DNA from: a virus
Virus record (IMG/VR): IMGVR_UViG_3300040758_000214
Location: 1-64,000 of that record
DNA: 64,000 nt
Direction: 5' to 3' (one strand)
Positions 8,908-19,760 of this stretch are shown piece after piece. The notes beneath the pieces are model-generated. The model saw only the letters and a program-made list of their open reading frames with translations. It ran no database searches and was not told the origin of the DNA. The position numbers and the translations under genes are program-made. Positions within the stretch are counted from its first letter, which is position 1. The number at the start of each line of letters is the position of its first letter.

Positions 8908-9738
8908 ATGTTAGATGAGAGAGGTCATTTTTTATTAAATGATAATATTTCAGAGGATGGAAATGTTGTAAATTTTAATCTTTCTGATTCTGGATTCTTT
9001 ATCTTATATTATTCTCCATCAGGAATTCCTTTAAATGTTTTTACTATAACATCATCTGGAAAATTAATATTTTATAGTGAAAGTGAAATATATAGTTCAA
9101 TTATTCCTACATTAACCGGAAAAATTTTAATACCAGATTTACAATTTTATTTTAATCAAATATTAACAAATAGTATAATGAATAAATTTAGCATTGATAA
9201 ACCTTCATATTTCCCTATAGATTATTTAGAAAATAATAATTCTTTTATTAGATTATTATTTGATGATAATTGGGATACTTCTTTAAATAGTTATAATTAT
9301 TTATATCAAGAAGTTATTGATAGATCATCATGGCCAAGAATGATATTTTCTAGATTAATGATATATCCTAATTCTTCAAGATTTTTTGTTCCTGTTGATT
9401 ATGATCCAAATGATGATAATTTGAATATATTTAGTTTACAACAAGATGATTTAAATTTACTAGATATCCTTTTACAATATAGAACTAATAATTCAATTAT
9501 AAATTTTTCTAATATTAATTTTAATAATCTAAGTACTAATTTATCAAAGATGATTTATTTATATTTGAATTTAAAAATTAATAATGATTATAGTTTATAT
9601 AATAATAACACATTACAATCTAATCCAAATAATTTTTTAGAAACATCATATGAATCATATTTGGCAGAGATTATGTTTGAATATGTACAAAGTAAAGAAA
9701 TTATTTTAGCCAATTTACATAACGAAATTATTACCTAA
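8908..9738 (+). CDS. Probable virion structural protein
   Basis: Asn/Ser-rich and Lys-poor composition like neighbouring baseplate proteins; coupled to the next gene. Confidence 0.45.
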   Translation: MLDERGHFLLNDNISEDGNVVNFNLSDSGFFILYYSPSGIPLNVFTITSSGKLIFYSESEIYSSIIPTLTGKILIPDLQFYFNQILTNSIMNKFSIDKPSYFPIDYLENNNSFIRLLFDDNWDTSLNSYNYLYQEVIDRSSWPRMIFSRLMIYPNSSRFFVPVDYDPNDDNLNIFSLQQDDLNLLDILLQYRTNNSIINFSNINFNNLSTNLSKMIYLYLNLKINNDYSLYNNNTLQSNPNNFLETSYESYLAEIMFEYVQSKEIILANLHNEIIT

Positions 9739-9751
9739 GGAGAGATATTGA

Positions 9752-11521
9752 ATGTTTAATATAAATGATGTATGGAATGTTTTAAATTCTCTTCAAGGTA
9801 AAACAGTCTCAGGTTTAGATCCATCATTACAAATTATATCTCAAGCAGAAAAAGTTAAAGCAACTTCTTTATTTACAAATACAATTGACCAAATAGCTTT
9901 TGATTCAAATGATTATCAAAGATTACGAAATATGTTAATTGACTGGTATTCAACATTTAGAACTTTCACTTCAATTCAACAACAAGTGTCTGATCCATAT
10001 GCTTTAACATCTAATCAATTAAATGAACTAATGCTGAGTTTTGGATATTCATATGGTTTAAATATTTTATCCAAAAAAAGTAGAATTAATTTCTTTTTAG
10101 ATTTAGTTAATCTATATAAAATTAAAGGAACTCCATTAAGTTTACAAAAAGCTTTAGGATATTATGGATTACATGACACTGATATTGCTGAATATTGGTT
10201 GTTAAAAAATTCAAATGGAGAATTAGTTTTTAGAGGAACTCCAATATTTCCAGGAGGATCTAATACTGGATGGGATGATCTTGATTTTGATTTAACAATT
10301 GCTAATGACCCACATTGGATTATGACTAAAGAACAAATTTTAGCAGCATCTGCTAATAATCCAATATCATTTCCATCTAGGTCTCCTTATTTTGGAATTC
10401 GTTCAGTATTTGATTTTGGAAAGATAGAAGTATTAATGGCTTGGTTTTATAAACTTTTATATAATCAATATATTCAATTTCAAACAAATCAAACTTTAAT
10501 ACAAGATATTGTATTATCAAATATTAATATTAAAGTATCATTATTAGAATGTTATTTAGCATGCGTTTATACTTTTAATTTAAATTTTAATCATATTGGT
10601 ACTTCTAATAATCCATCTATTTTATTATATAATGGAAATAGTACAACTTCAACATTAGCATTGAATGAATATAATAATATTATAAATCCTAGACCATTAA
10701 ATCAATTAGATAGAGATATAAAATTACAAGAATTATATAATCTTTTTACAAATAGTTCTTCTTATGATTTTATACCACAACAAATAAATGTAGCAAATTT
10801 ATTAGATAGTATAAATTTAATTACAAAAAATAATTTAAGAGCTAGTTTAGATACATGGTTATCATCAACTAAACAAGTTGATTTACTTTCATCTTTATTT
10901 CAAGACTTATCAGGTTGGACAACTTTAAATATTGATGATATTTTTCCAGATATATTTTCTAATATTATAGGAATTAGTTCATATATAAATATTGTTGAAA
11001 TTGTTAATATCTTTAAACCATATAGATCTAGAGTAATTGCTTCACAATATGCCTATATAATTAATAATCATGTATATGATATTTTCTTAGTTGAAGATGG
11101 TAATTTTTCATTAAAGCCTATAGAAATTCATATGGATTATGCAACTGCTGATAGTTTCCCTTGCCATGAACTTTTAGATAATTCAGATTCTAAATATTCT
11201 AGAGATACTTTCGATTGTGGATCTAATTTTGATATAGGAATATTTGATGACCAAAATGATTTTGCTAATATAGTTGAACAAGATTTTATATATGATAAAG
11301 TTAATTATCATACAAATGAAGATTTTATAGATACAGAATATACAGATTCAACAGGTATTATAGATTATATTATTTCTACTGGAGGAATGAATTGTTTTGA
11401 TTCAGGATTTGTTTTTGATGATCCATTCATTAGTGATATAGTTCAAATATATGTACTAGGGATAGGTGGAACTTATTTGGATATTAATGCTGTCTTAGAT
11501 TCTGGAGCTACCATACAATAA
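9752..11521 (+). CDS. Probable baseplate wedge subunit (gp7/P2 gpI-like N-terminal module)
   Basis: DP...L..L..SFGY...LVNLYKIKGT..SL..AL...G...I.EYW and later IFKPYRSR pattern. Confidence 0.55.
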   Translation: MFNINDVWNVLNSLQGKTVSGLDPSLQIISQAEKVKATSLFTNTIDQIAFDSNDYQRLRNMLIDWYSTFRTFTSIQQQVSDPYALTSNQLNELMLSFGYSYGLNILSKKSRINFFLDLVNLYKIKGTPLSLQKALGYYGLHDTDIAEYWLLKNSNGELVFRGTPIFPGGSNTGWDDLDFDLTIANDPHWIMTKEQILAASANNPISFPSRSPYFGIRSVFDFGKIEVLMAWFYKLLYNQYIQFQTNQTLIQDIVLSNINIKVSLLECYLACVYTFNLNFNHIGTSNNPSILLYNGNSTTSTLALNEYNNIINPRPLNQLDRDIKLQELYNLFTNSSSYDFIPQQINVANLLDSINLITKNNLRASLDTWLSSTKQVDLLSSLFQDLSGWTTLNIDDIFPDIFSNIIGISSYINIVEIVNIFKPYRSRVIASQYAYIINNHVYDIFLVEDGNFSLKPIEIHMDYATADSFPCHELLDNSDSKYSRDTFDCGSNFDIGIFDDQNDFANIVEQDFIYDKVNYHTNEDFIDTEYTDSTGIIDYIISTGGMNCFDSGFVFDDPFISDIVQIYVLGIGGTYLDINAVLDSGATIQ

Positions 11522-11537
11522 ATTTAAACAAAAAAAA

Positions 11538-11897
11538 TTATAGTTTATTCTTTTTCTGTTCTTTCCATGTTGCCATAGATATTACATTAGATCCAACGAT
11601 TTTACTTTTTTTAGGAATTAGTTTTACTTTTTGATTTGAATTGTCTTGAGATATTAAAAATTCTACTTTTTCCAATTGATGATTTATTCCTTTAATTGTA
11701 AATTTATCTCCTCTAATTTGTTTTTCATCTAATACCCAAACTATATCTGTTAAAGGAACTGACGTTAAAGGGCTGAAATGGACTTTCCACCAACCATCTT
11801 TAACGTCAGATTCCACTTTATTTATTCTAATGTAACAATGACCATTGTCTGTTTTTAATAATATAACCTCTCCTTCTATTGTTAAAATATCAGACAT
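11538..11897 (-). CDS. Hypothetical protein
   Basis: ORF with GGGAG RBS. Confidence 0.55.
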   Translation of the reverse strand: MSDILTIEGEVILLKTDNGHCYIRINKVESDVKDGWWKVHFSPLTSVPLTDIVWVLDEKQIRGDKFTIKGINHQLEKVEFLISQDNSNQKVKLIPKKSKIVGSNVISMATWKEQKKNKL

Positions 11898-11976
11898 TTG
11901 ATTTAAAACTCCCTTGTACTAATCAATCATTACCTTTTGTTTTTGTTCACATTATTATCTTTAATCTTAGAAGAAA

Positions 11977-12360
11977 TTAAGAAACTAGCCAGGCAATTGA
12001 TTTAGTATAAGGAGATCTCTTTATTACTTCAATATTTTTTGGTTCTAATTTTACATCCTCCCTTGGTATTTCAAAGTTTTTTCTATATTCTTTATCAATT
12101 TGAAATTGATCAGAATCAGAAATTATATTGTGAACTTTTGGTTGAAACTCTTGAAAAAAGTTATCCTTTGGTCCATTTGTTTTACTAAGATAATATTTAT
12201 CAGGAGCTTTTTTTCTACAATTACCATGTGATGCTCTTTTTCTTATTCTTCTACATTCATCACAATATATCCTTTTATAGTTGACTACTTTATTACTACA
12301 GGTCTTTCCAAATTCTGGACCTTTACAAATTTTGTCTCCTACTATTTTCTTCTTAGTCAT
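11977..12360 (-). CDS. Hypothetical Cys-rich basic protein
   Basis: C..C..YCDEC motif. Confidence 0.5.
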   Translation of the reverse strand: MTKKKIVGDKICKGPEFGKTCSNKVVNYKRIYCDECRRIRKRASHGNCRKKAPDKYYLSKTNGPKDNFFQEFQPKVHNIISDSDQFQIDKEYRKNFEIPREDVKLEPKNIEVIKRSPYTKSIAWLVS

Positions 12361-12681
12361 AAGTTATCCTTTTTGTAAGATTTATTCAACAACTACAACA
12401 TCTTTACTGTGTACAAAAGCCATTCCTGTTGATTTTTTCATTCGTTTTAATTCATGATGCCATTCATATCTAAAGGCATCTTCATGATGTTTTACTTTAC
12501 TTGGAGTTGGATTTAAAATCACAGCAACTGGTACATCATTTTTCATAATAACAGTGGCAATTTTCATTTCTTTTTCCTCTTAGGTAATATTTCTTTAATT
12601 AGACATAGAACTAAAAATACTATTAATCCCCATAAAATTATTAAAGTTATATGATATGGATCCAATTTAATTCTCCTGTAA

Positions 12682-12939
12682 TTATTTATTTTTTCCAACT
12701 GGTTGAAACATATCAAATCCAAAAAAGTATATTGGTCCAACTATAGTTTCTATTAAAATAGATCCCCATATTATATTTCCCCAACAAGGCTCATATTTAA
12801 TATCATTAGATCTCACATCTTTTTCATTAATTAAACCATATGGTTCATATTTCTTACCATCAATAATCATATTTGATGAGCATGCAGTACAAATAGAAAT
12901 AGCTATAACTAAAGTTATCAATTTTATAGATCTTTTCAT
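12682..12939 (-). CDS. Putative lipoprotein
   Basis: Signal peptide with lipobox-like TAC and a C-terminal hydrophobic segment. Confidence 0.55.
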   Translation of the reverse strand: MKRSIKLITLVIAISICTACSSNMIIDGKKYEPYGLINEKDVRSNDIKYEPCWGNIIWGSILIETIVGPIYFFGFDMFQPVGKNK

Positions 12940-12953
12940 TTTTAATTCTCCTT

Positions 12954-14252
12954 TTATTTATCTTTTAGATTATGAATTGGGATTATTTGATCAATAATTT
13001 TACATGTTGGTTTTATCAATTCTTTTATTAACTCTGTATTTTTGTACGCATCTGGAGCTTCATCAATTGTGGACTTTCCAACACTTGTTGAAAATATTCC
13101 ATCCATTTGCTTTTCAAATTTTTTAACATCTAATTTTTCTTTTGCTTTACCTCGACTTAAAACTCTTCCGGCACCATGTGGAGCAGAGTAATTCCATTCA
13201 GGATTTGAGAGACCAGAACATATAAGCATACCATCTCTCATATTAAATGGAATAATCATTCTTTCGCTTATGTATGATCTTATGGCTCCTTTCCTTATTA
13301 TAAAATCTTGAAAGTCAATATAATTATGAATTGATTCAATTTTATCGTATGCTTTCCAATCTAAATTTTTACATATAATTCTAATCATTTCATCTCTATT
13401 AACTTTAGCATAAATCTGGCAAAATATCATATCTGTTAAATAACCAACTGCATCGCTTGACTCAAGCCATTCTAAACCACTTGTTTTTATTCCGTAACCT
13501 AGGATATCCTTCTCTTGTTTAATACGAGTCTCAACCTCTCTACTTGAGTAATTTGCCTTAATTTCTTGTATCTTTTGTTGTAATTCTTCACCTTTTTGTT
13601 TAGCCATATTTTTAATTGCTATGTTTTGCCAATATTCACATATTTGTTTTCCAAATTGTCTTGATCCTGAATGAACTGTTAACCATTTATCTTTTGTTAT
13701 ATTAGATTTACCAATTTCTATGAAATGATTTCCACTCCCAAGCGACCCTAAACTATTGATAAACCTAGAGAAATTCATTCCAATCTGATTACATTTACTT
13801 TCAACCCAATCAGGTGAATATAATGGGTATTCAATTTTAACTTTTAAAACTTCTGAATATTTCATAAAGAATTGCCTGGCTATTTCATTAGTTTCTTTAT
13901 AAGGAAAGTCATTTAAACGATATGGATTTTTATGACGGACACTCGTTCCAAATGGAATACTTTCTCTTATAATTTCATCTGCTTCTTTATGATTGATTCC
14001 AATTCTTCCAATATTAATAGATGTCATCCCACAACCAATATCAACACCTACAACGTTGGCAATTATTTTATCAGTCATTAACATCGTAAATCCAATTACG
14101 CTTCCCTTTCCAGCATGAGTATCTGGCTGGATAACTATTGGATTTGTAAATGCTGGATGATTTAAAAAGTTGGTAATTTGTCCAATACATGATTCTTCAA
14201 CATCATCAATCATAATTTTAGCTTTTGTATATTTGCCACTCATTTCAAACAT
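12954..14252 (-). CDS. rtcB: RtcB-family RNA 3'-phosphate/5'-OH ligase
   Basis: PDTHAGKG, VGVDIGCG, GSLGSGNHFIE, HSGSR, HNY, HGAGR and DEAPDAYK motifs. Confidence 0.95.
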   Translation of the reverse strand: MFEMSGKYTKAKIMIDDVEESCIGQITNFLNHPAFTNPIVIQPDTHAGKGSVIGFTMLMTDKIIANVVGVDIGCGMTSINIGRIGINHKEADEIIRESIPFGTSVRHKNPYRLNDFPYKETNEIARQFFMKYSEVLKVKIEYPLYSPDWVESKCNQIGMNFSRFINSLGSLGSGNHFIEIGKSNITKDKWLTVHSGSRQFGKQICEYWQNIAIKNMAKQKGEELQQKIQEIKANYSSREVETRIKQEKDILGYGIKTSGLEWLESSDAVGYLTDMIFCQIYAKVNRDEMIRIICKNLDWKAYDKIESIHNYIDFQDFIIRKGAIRSYISERMIIPFNMRDGMLICSGLSNPEWNYSAPHGAGRVLSRGKAKEKLDVKKFEKQMDGIFSTSVGKSTIDEAPDAYKNTELIKELIKPTCKIIDQIIPIHNLKDK

Positions 14253-14494
14253 TAGAATTTTTACTCCTTACTTTTAATAATCATTTTTAAGAGTTATTTG
14301 ACCATCCCATAATGTAAAGTTTTCTTCATACCAATCAGTTCTATATTCTCCCATTCTTCTCCACATTAAATTTGGTCCAATTAAAGTTCCAGTTTGATAA
14401 CTAGTAAATAAAACTAAACATGCACCATTAGTTTTAATAATAGGATATGACATTTTTCGTTCTGGTGGGTTACATGATTCAACTAAAATTTTTA

Positions 14495-15202
14495 TCATAA
14501 TTCACTCTCTCTTGGATATAATACTAAGTTTATAAATTTATTTGTTATATCATCATCTGACATTAAATTGAAATCGTAATTAAAAGTGGAAAATATAGAT
14601 TCATTACAAATAAAAGTTCCATTTTTATAAACTGGAGATAAATCATTCCAATTAACACCTTTTTGAAAACACATTTCATGCATCATAGAATTATTCTTTT
14701 TTTGTAATTCTTTATGAGAAAACATAGACTGAGCTAACATTTGAATACTATTTCTTACCCAATCCATATATCTCCATCTAAAATTATTAATGACTTCTTC
14801 TTTTGGAATATTAAAAACTCTAGAATCAAACCATGATGTTTTTTCATATAAAGAAGAAAATGTTGTAGATGCAATTGCAGCTGAGATTGATGTCATTTTT
14901 TGTATATTATAATCAAACCATGCGTCAGTACTCAATTTATCAAAATCTGTAATTAAAATATTAATTTCATCAGATTGAACATATGCACATTTTGCGCCTT
15001 GTATTTCTATTAAAAGAGTTAAAGCTGTATTTTTCATACATTCAATTATTTCATCATCAAATGGTTTTATACAACCTCTGGTTAATGTATGAAATGCTTT
15101 TCCATCTAGTCTCATAATTACTGGAGTTCTTCTTGTTAAATAAAATCTACTTCTATCTTCATAATAATCTTTCATTCTATCGCCTAAACTATCTTTAGTC
15201 AT
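14495..15202 (-). CDS. thg1: tRNA(His) guanylyltransferase Thg1-like protein
   Basis: LGDRMK.YE, RLDGKAFH, YVQSDEI, FDSRVF, RNSI motifs. Confidence 0.93.
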   Translation of the reverse strand: MTKDSLGDRMKDYYEDRSRFYLTRRTPVIMRLDGKAFHTLTRGCIKPFDDEIIECMKNTALTLLIEIQGAKCAYVQSDEINILITDFDKLSTDAWFDYNIQKMTSISAAIASTTFSSLYEKTSWFDSRVFNIPKEEVINNFRWRYMDWVRNSIQMLAQSMFSHKELQKKNNSMMHEMCFQKGVNWNDLSPVYKNGTFICNESIFSTFNYDFNLMSDDDITNKFINLVLYPRESEL

Positions 15203-15211
15203 TCAAGACTC

Positions 15212-15499
15212 CTAAAAAATTTTTTTATAATCTTTTGGATGAACACAGTACCAATCTTTGAATTGTTTATTATATTCTTTAATTTTAGTATAGTATCCAT
15301 TATCAAATTCTTTATCATTTAAGAAAAATATATAACTACAATTATCATTTACATTTTGAAAAATTCTATCTTCTCTTATGATAAATCCATCAACTTTTTC
15401 ATCATCTTCATTAAAAATAATATATCCTTTTTCTATAAAGTCATTAATTTTACTTGCAATTCTACATGCATTTTCCCATCTAGCAGTATAGATATCCAT
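15212..15499 (-). CDS. Hypothetical protein
   Basis: ORF in operon context with GAGG RBS. Confidence 0.5.
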   Translation of the reverse strand: MDIYTARWENACRIASKINDFIEKGYIIFNEDDEKVDGFIIREDRIFQNVNDNCSYIFFLNDKEFDNGYYTKIKEYNKQFKDWYCVHPKDYKKIF

Positions 15500-15671
15500 A
15501 ATTATTCCTCAATTATTATAGTATATTCTTCTAACCATTCTTCATCGTAAGATGAAGTCATTCCATTTTCCCATTCTACACATATATCATCAGGTAATTT
15601 AAAATTAGGAATAATCTTACCTTTGATTCCTTGACAAATAATTTTAGTCCCAACTTTGTATTTCATATATT

Positions 15672-16112
15672 CTACTCATAAACTTTCCAAAAAGATTTTG
15701 GTAAATAAATATTATCTGGTAAATCTTCTTTAAAGAATAATGGTGCAATATCTTTTACTTTATATCCTGCCAACGAGCATCCCAATTCAACAACCAAAAA
15801 TTTAAGATGTTGATTAGATTTAGCAAATTGAATAAAATCAACTACTTCTTTTTGTATATCTTTTAAAGGAATACTTCTTAAACCTTTAGATAAATCTTTA
15901 GTAACTATTGCATAAGATTTTCCTTGTAATCCTCTAGGTTGTCCGTAAATTGCACCAAATTTTTGTCTGGCTGTTAATGCTGCTCCTTTACCGTGTCGAC
16001 CTTCTGTATTAGATCCAAATACAAATATCTCATCATCTTTCAAAGAAGTAATCTTTTCTGGTGAAACATTAAACCATATTTTAATTCCTTTCATGATAAC
16101 TCCATAAAACAT
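15672..16112 (-). CDS. A1S_2505-like phage protein (Macro-like fold suspected)
   Basis: IFVFGSNTEGRHGKGAA...FGAIYG...GLQGKSYAI...LGCSLAG...IAPLF. Confidence 0.75.
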   Translation of the reverse strand: MFYGVIMKGIKIWFNVSPEKITSLKDDEIFVFGSNTEGRHGKGAALTARQKFGAIYGQPRGLQGKSYAIVTKDLSKGLRSIPLKDIQKEVVDFIQFAKSNQHLKFLVVELGCSLAGYKVKDIAPLFFKEDLPDNIYLPKSFWKVYE

Positions 16113-16866
16113 CGAATATATTTTTTATATTATGATGATAAAATCCACTTGAATTTATACAATTAAACTCAATAACTTTGAGATCATTTTCAATTAATGC
16201 TAAATCCATAACACAACAAGGATCAGGAAGCCATCCATCTGCAAATTCTTGAGCTTCATTTATAACATCTATATCTAATTCCTCTTTATTGAAAAGTTGT
16301 TTATTATATCTATAAACGCTCCCACTTATAATTTTTCTATCTACGATAAACCATCTCCATTCTGCAGATATATTTTTTGGTTTATCTAATACAATCATTG
16401 TATTAGGATCTAATTGATAGGATCCAGATGATGCACATAGCATTCTATCTTCCAACCATTCAATTATTTCTAATGTAGACATTATACATCCAGAAAATTG
16501 TTTTAAATCTTCTGAAGGTCTAATAAACCAATCTTTTTCTTTTTCAGTTTTTAAAAATTCTATAATTTCTTTTAGAGGCCATATAAGTCCATTATTCAAC
16601 ATGTCATTTCTATTCTTTACTGCTTCTTCATAATTGAAATATTTTAAATCAAAATGTAGTCCTTTCCATCCTTTGTCATATGCAATATTTGTTAATGATG
16701 TAGATCCATAAGGAATAAAATCTATTCCTATTAATTCTTCATTTGATGTAATTTCAGTTGTAAAAGGAATTAACCCAATAAATTCATGCGGATAATCAAT
16801 AATAGAATCTTTTATAATCTGAAGGTGATTTTGGTTTATTAGATTATGTTGAATTAAAAATTTCAT
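16081..16866 (-). CDS. ATP-grasp protein, R2K/DUF4343-like
   Basis: FIRP...K.F.G, EWRWFIV, VMDLA...KVIEFNCINSSGFY. Confidence 0.8.
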   Translation of the reverse strand: MKFLIQHNLINQNHLQIIKDSIIDYPHEFIGLIPFTTEITSNEELIGIDFIPYGSTSLTNIAYDKGWKGLHFDLKYFNYEEAVKNRNDMLNNGLIWPLKEIIEFLKTEKEKDWFIRPSEDLKQFSGCIMSTLEIIEWLEDRMLCASSGSYQLDPNTMIVLDKPKNISAEWRWFIVDRKIISGSVYRYNKQLFNKEELDIDVINEAQEFADGWLPDPCCVMDLALIENDLKVIEFNCINSSGFYHHNIKNIFDVLWSYHERN

Positions 16867-17052
16867 TTATTTACCTCTCTTTAATATATAAAGGCAATTA
16901 GTATGTTCTTTATTTACATCACAAACAACATGATAATGAAGTTCATCGTACATTATAAGATTTTTACATTTTTTACAATAGTTCAATCTATCAAAAAATT
17001 TATAATCTACTCTGAAAGTCACATCTGAATTTTGAAAATAAATAGTTCCCAT
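16867..17052 (-). CDS. CxxC-DEL family mini-protein 1
   Basis: CKKCKNLIMYDELHYHVVC...C. Confidence 0.6.
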   Translation of the reverse strand: MGTIYFQNSDVTFRVDYKFFDRLNYCKKCKNLIMYDELHYHVVCDVNKEHTNCLYILKRGK

Positions 17053-17196
17053 TTTATTTCCTTAAATTTCTTTCTTTAAATTCCTCAATTCCATCTTGTA
17101 TTTGCTTTTTAACATTATCTTTTTTCTTTTCGATAATTGTTTTAGATGGAGGAATTTTAATTTTTCTAGATTCACGTTTTATAATTTTGAGTATAT

Positions 17197-17613
17197 CTAA
17201 CTTTTTTGCCATTTTAGTTGCGCATCCTTAACATATTCTTTTCCTTCTTGTAGAGCTTTGATTAAGTCATCAAGATGTTCTTCTGAATCAATAACTATAT
17301 CAGAGCTTATTTTAATATGGCCTATAAATAAAATTTTAAAGGCAGATGAAATTCTCCACCAAATTCCTTTCTGCCAATTTTTAATTTTTTCAAGTATTTC
17401 ATCTGTATATGTGGTGGGATAAAAGAAATAAAATTCTTTGAAGAAAGTTATACCAAGATTCCCATATTTTTTATCAAATTCCATATCTATTGTAGCACCA
17501 CAATCTTGATTCCCGCAATGGCATGATAAAGTATATGATATCCTATCTTCATATTGATGTAATTTTGAAATACCTGATGATATTTTACTTTCTTTATTCA
17601 TTTGAATCTCCAA
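17197..17613 (-). CDS. Hypothetical protein
   Basis: CHCG motif; WWRI..AFK.LF motif. Confidence 0.5.
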   Translation of the reverse strand: MEIQMNKESKISSGISKLHQYEDRISYTLSCHCGNQDCGATIDMEFDKKYGNLGITFFKEFYFFYPTTYTDEILEKIKNWQKGIWWRISSAFKILFIGHIKISSDIVIDSEEHLDDLIKALQEGKEYVKDAQLKWQKS

Positions 17614-17624
17614 TTTAATATAAA

Positions 17625-17855
17625 TTATTTTCGTCTTATATCTTTTCCATTGATTCCTGCTAAATAACTTTTATTTCCACATTTATAAAATGATAAAAAC
17701 TTTGTTTCTTTCCATGTTCCATCAGGCATTTTTTCTTTACCAAATTCAATTATATGTCTTTTTCCGCACATATTACAAAGTATAAAACTACCTAATGGAT
17801 TTGCTTTTTTAAGTTCATCATTTCCAATAGTAAACATATTCTTAGTTCCTTTCAT
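17625..17855 (-). CDS. Small Zn-ribbon-like protein
   Basis: CNMCG...YKCG. Confidence 0.5.
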   Translation of the reverse strand: MKGTKNMFTIGNDELKKANPLGSFILCNMCGKRHIIEFGKEKMPDGTWKETKFLSFYKCGNKSYLAGINGKDIRRK

Positions 17856-18550
17856 TCTAATTCAATCCACCATCTTGAACCTGACCAACAATGATTTAAA
17901 GCAGTCCATTTTGTATTTTCACATATTCCAGTTTTGAATTTATGAAAATGTCCAAAAAACCATAATGGAGGATTATACTTTTCTAAAACATATGATAAGG
18001 CTTTTCTTGATGCAGGTTCCAATGGATCTGTATCTCTTATTATATCAAATTCTATCGGACAAGTATGAGATATAATGATATCAATTTTTACATCTGGTAA
18101 ATTATAGATATCTTTTTGAGATATAGTTTCTTGAGGAAACCAATCGTATCCTGGAGTTCTTCCATCTTTATCAGTAGAATCAGCTCCTCCCATAAATAAA
18201 ACATTTCGACCATCCGGAAGAGTTAAATAAGAACCTCGTTTTTGAAAGAATACATTTTGAAGGGGAGTTTTATTATCTATTAATTCATTTAAAGAATCGT
18301 GGTCTTCGTGATTACCATCGCAGAAATAAATTTTAACATCATGTGGTTTAATTGAATAGAAGTTCCATCTCTTTTGTTTTAATGAGTTTCCACATTTTTG
18401 TCTACTAATTGCCGTTGTATTATGACATTTTGGCCAATACCCAAAGTCACCACATTGTAAAATTGTAGTTAAACCTTTATTTTGTTTTTTATTAATCAAT
18501 TTATTTAACTCAGAAAAATCTGCATGTATATCACCAACAATTAAAATCAT
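17852..18550 (-). CDS. Calcineurin-like metallophosphoesterase
   Basis: GDIH, GDFG, DGNHE, SHTCP, FGHFH. Confidence 0.9.
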   Translation of the reverse strand: MILIVGDIHADFSELNKLINKKQNKGLTTILQCGDFGYWPKCHNTTAISRQKCGNSLKQKRWNFYSIKPHDVKIYFCDGNHEDHDSLNELIDNKTPLQNVFFQKRGSYLTLPDGRNVLFMGGADSTDKDGRTPGYDWFPQETISQKDIYNLPDVKIDIIISHTCPIEFDIIRDTDPLEPASRKALSYVLEKYNPPLWFFGHFHKFKTGICENTKWTALNHCWSGSRWWIELE

Positions 18551-18555
18551 AACTA

Positions 18556-18822
18556 TTATTCCTTTAGAATTCTTGTCTTACATTCCCAGCCCTCTGTTTC
18601 ATGTTTCCAATAGGTAGTGTGTCGTCCATATATAATAGGAGCATTACATATAACATGATAAATTAATTCATCTACTAAAATATTATGTTTACATTTTTTA
18701 CAATTTATGAAAGCCTTATAATGATTTCCATAAGTATAAGTATAAGTACCAGTACCCTTAATAAATTCAAAAGTTATATTATCTCTCAACTTATCCTCCA
18801 GATTTAATCTTTGGTAAAACAA
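18556..18822 (-). CDS. CxxC-DEL family mini-protein 2
   Basis: CKKCKHNILVDELIYHVIC...WEC. Confidence 0.6.
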   Translation of the reverse strand: MFYQRLNLEDKLRDNITFEFIKGTGTYTYTYGNHYKAFINCKKCKHNILVDELIYHVICNAPIIYGRHTTYWKHETEGWECKTRILKE

Positions 18823-19018
18823 ATCTTATAAATATTCCATATTCTCCACTGCAATCATATCCTTGTTTTTTAAGTTCTTCTTTAGTCCAGGAACTTTGAC
18901 ATGCATCATCAGAGTATTCCCAAATTAATGTCAAAGCTTTTTGAATTTCTTCTGGTACTGGCATCTTTGGAAACATATTCTCTTTAGACATAATTAGAAT
19001 CTCCTTTTATATATATAT

Positions 19019-19246
19019 TTAAAATTCTTTCTCTTTAAATTTAGTACATTCATATTTATATCCTACACCTTCAAACCAATGATCATAACTCAAACAATCA
19101 GGATTATTACAATATAAATGATTTATTAATTCATTAAAGAATACATAATATTCGCACTCTTTACAATTTAAAGGAAAATCTTTAAAAGCAAATTCAATAT
19201 TTTCTATTTTAGAATTATTTATATTTTCAATGCTTATATAATACAT
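19019..19246 (-). CDS. CxxC-DEL family mini-protein 3
   Basis: CKECEYYVFFNELINHLYC...YEC. Confidence 0.6.
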   Translation of the reverse strand: MYYISIENINNSKIENIEFAFKDFPLNCKECEYYVFFNELINHLYCNNPDCLSYDHWFEGVGYKYECTKFKEKEF

Positions 19247-19260
19247 AATTCACCTTAAAC

Positions 19261-19524
19261 TTATTTTTTTAAATTACAAAGAAATTGTTTTATATTATGA
19301 TCCCAATATAAGGACTTACTATATTTAATTGGATCATCGTATTTAGTCATAGTTCTAGGTATTATCTCAGTTGAATTACATATGATATAATTTTGCAATT
19401 CATCATATAAGATACAATTTTTACAAGTTTTACATCCATTATCACAAAAAGATAAAAAATCATGGTTAGGAAATGAGTACTTATCTACTATATTTTTTTG
19501 TCGATATTCTACATACAAATCCAT
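19261..19524 (-). CDS. CxxC-DEL family mini-protein 4
   Basis: CKTCKNCILYDELQNYIIC...FLC. Confidence 0.6.
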   Translation of the reverse strand: MDLYVEYRQKNIVDKYSFPNHDFLSFCDNGCKTCKNCILYDELQNYIICNSTEIIPRTMTKYDDPIKYSKSLYWDHNIKQFLCNLKK

Positions 19525-19535
19525 AATTCACTCTC

Positions 19536-19757
19536 TCATATATTATTAATCTTTCTTGCTTCACATTCAAAAATATTTAATTTAGAATTATAAATATAAT
19601 GACCGCAGGCTGCAGTTGAACTACAAATTATATATTGTAATAATTCATCATTTAAAATGCAATAAATACAATCTTTACAAATTTTAAATTTTTCATATTT
19701 AGTGGTTATTATAGGACTAGACTTCATATTTCTATATTCAATTAAAGGTCGATCCAT
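19536..19757 (-). CDS. CxxC-DEL family mini-protein 5
   Basis: CKDCIYCILNDELLQYIIC...FEC. Confidence 0.6.
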   Translation of the reverse strand: MDRPLIEYRNMKSSPIITTKYEKFKICKDCIYCILNDELLQYIICSSTAACGHYIYNSKLNIFECEARKINNI

Positions 19758-19760
19758 ATA

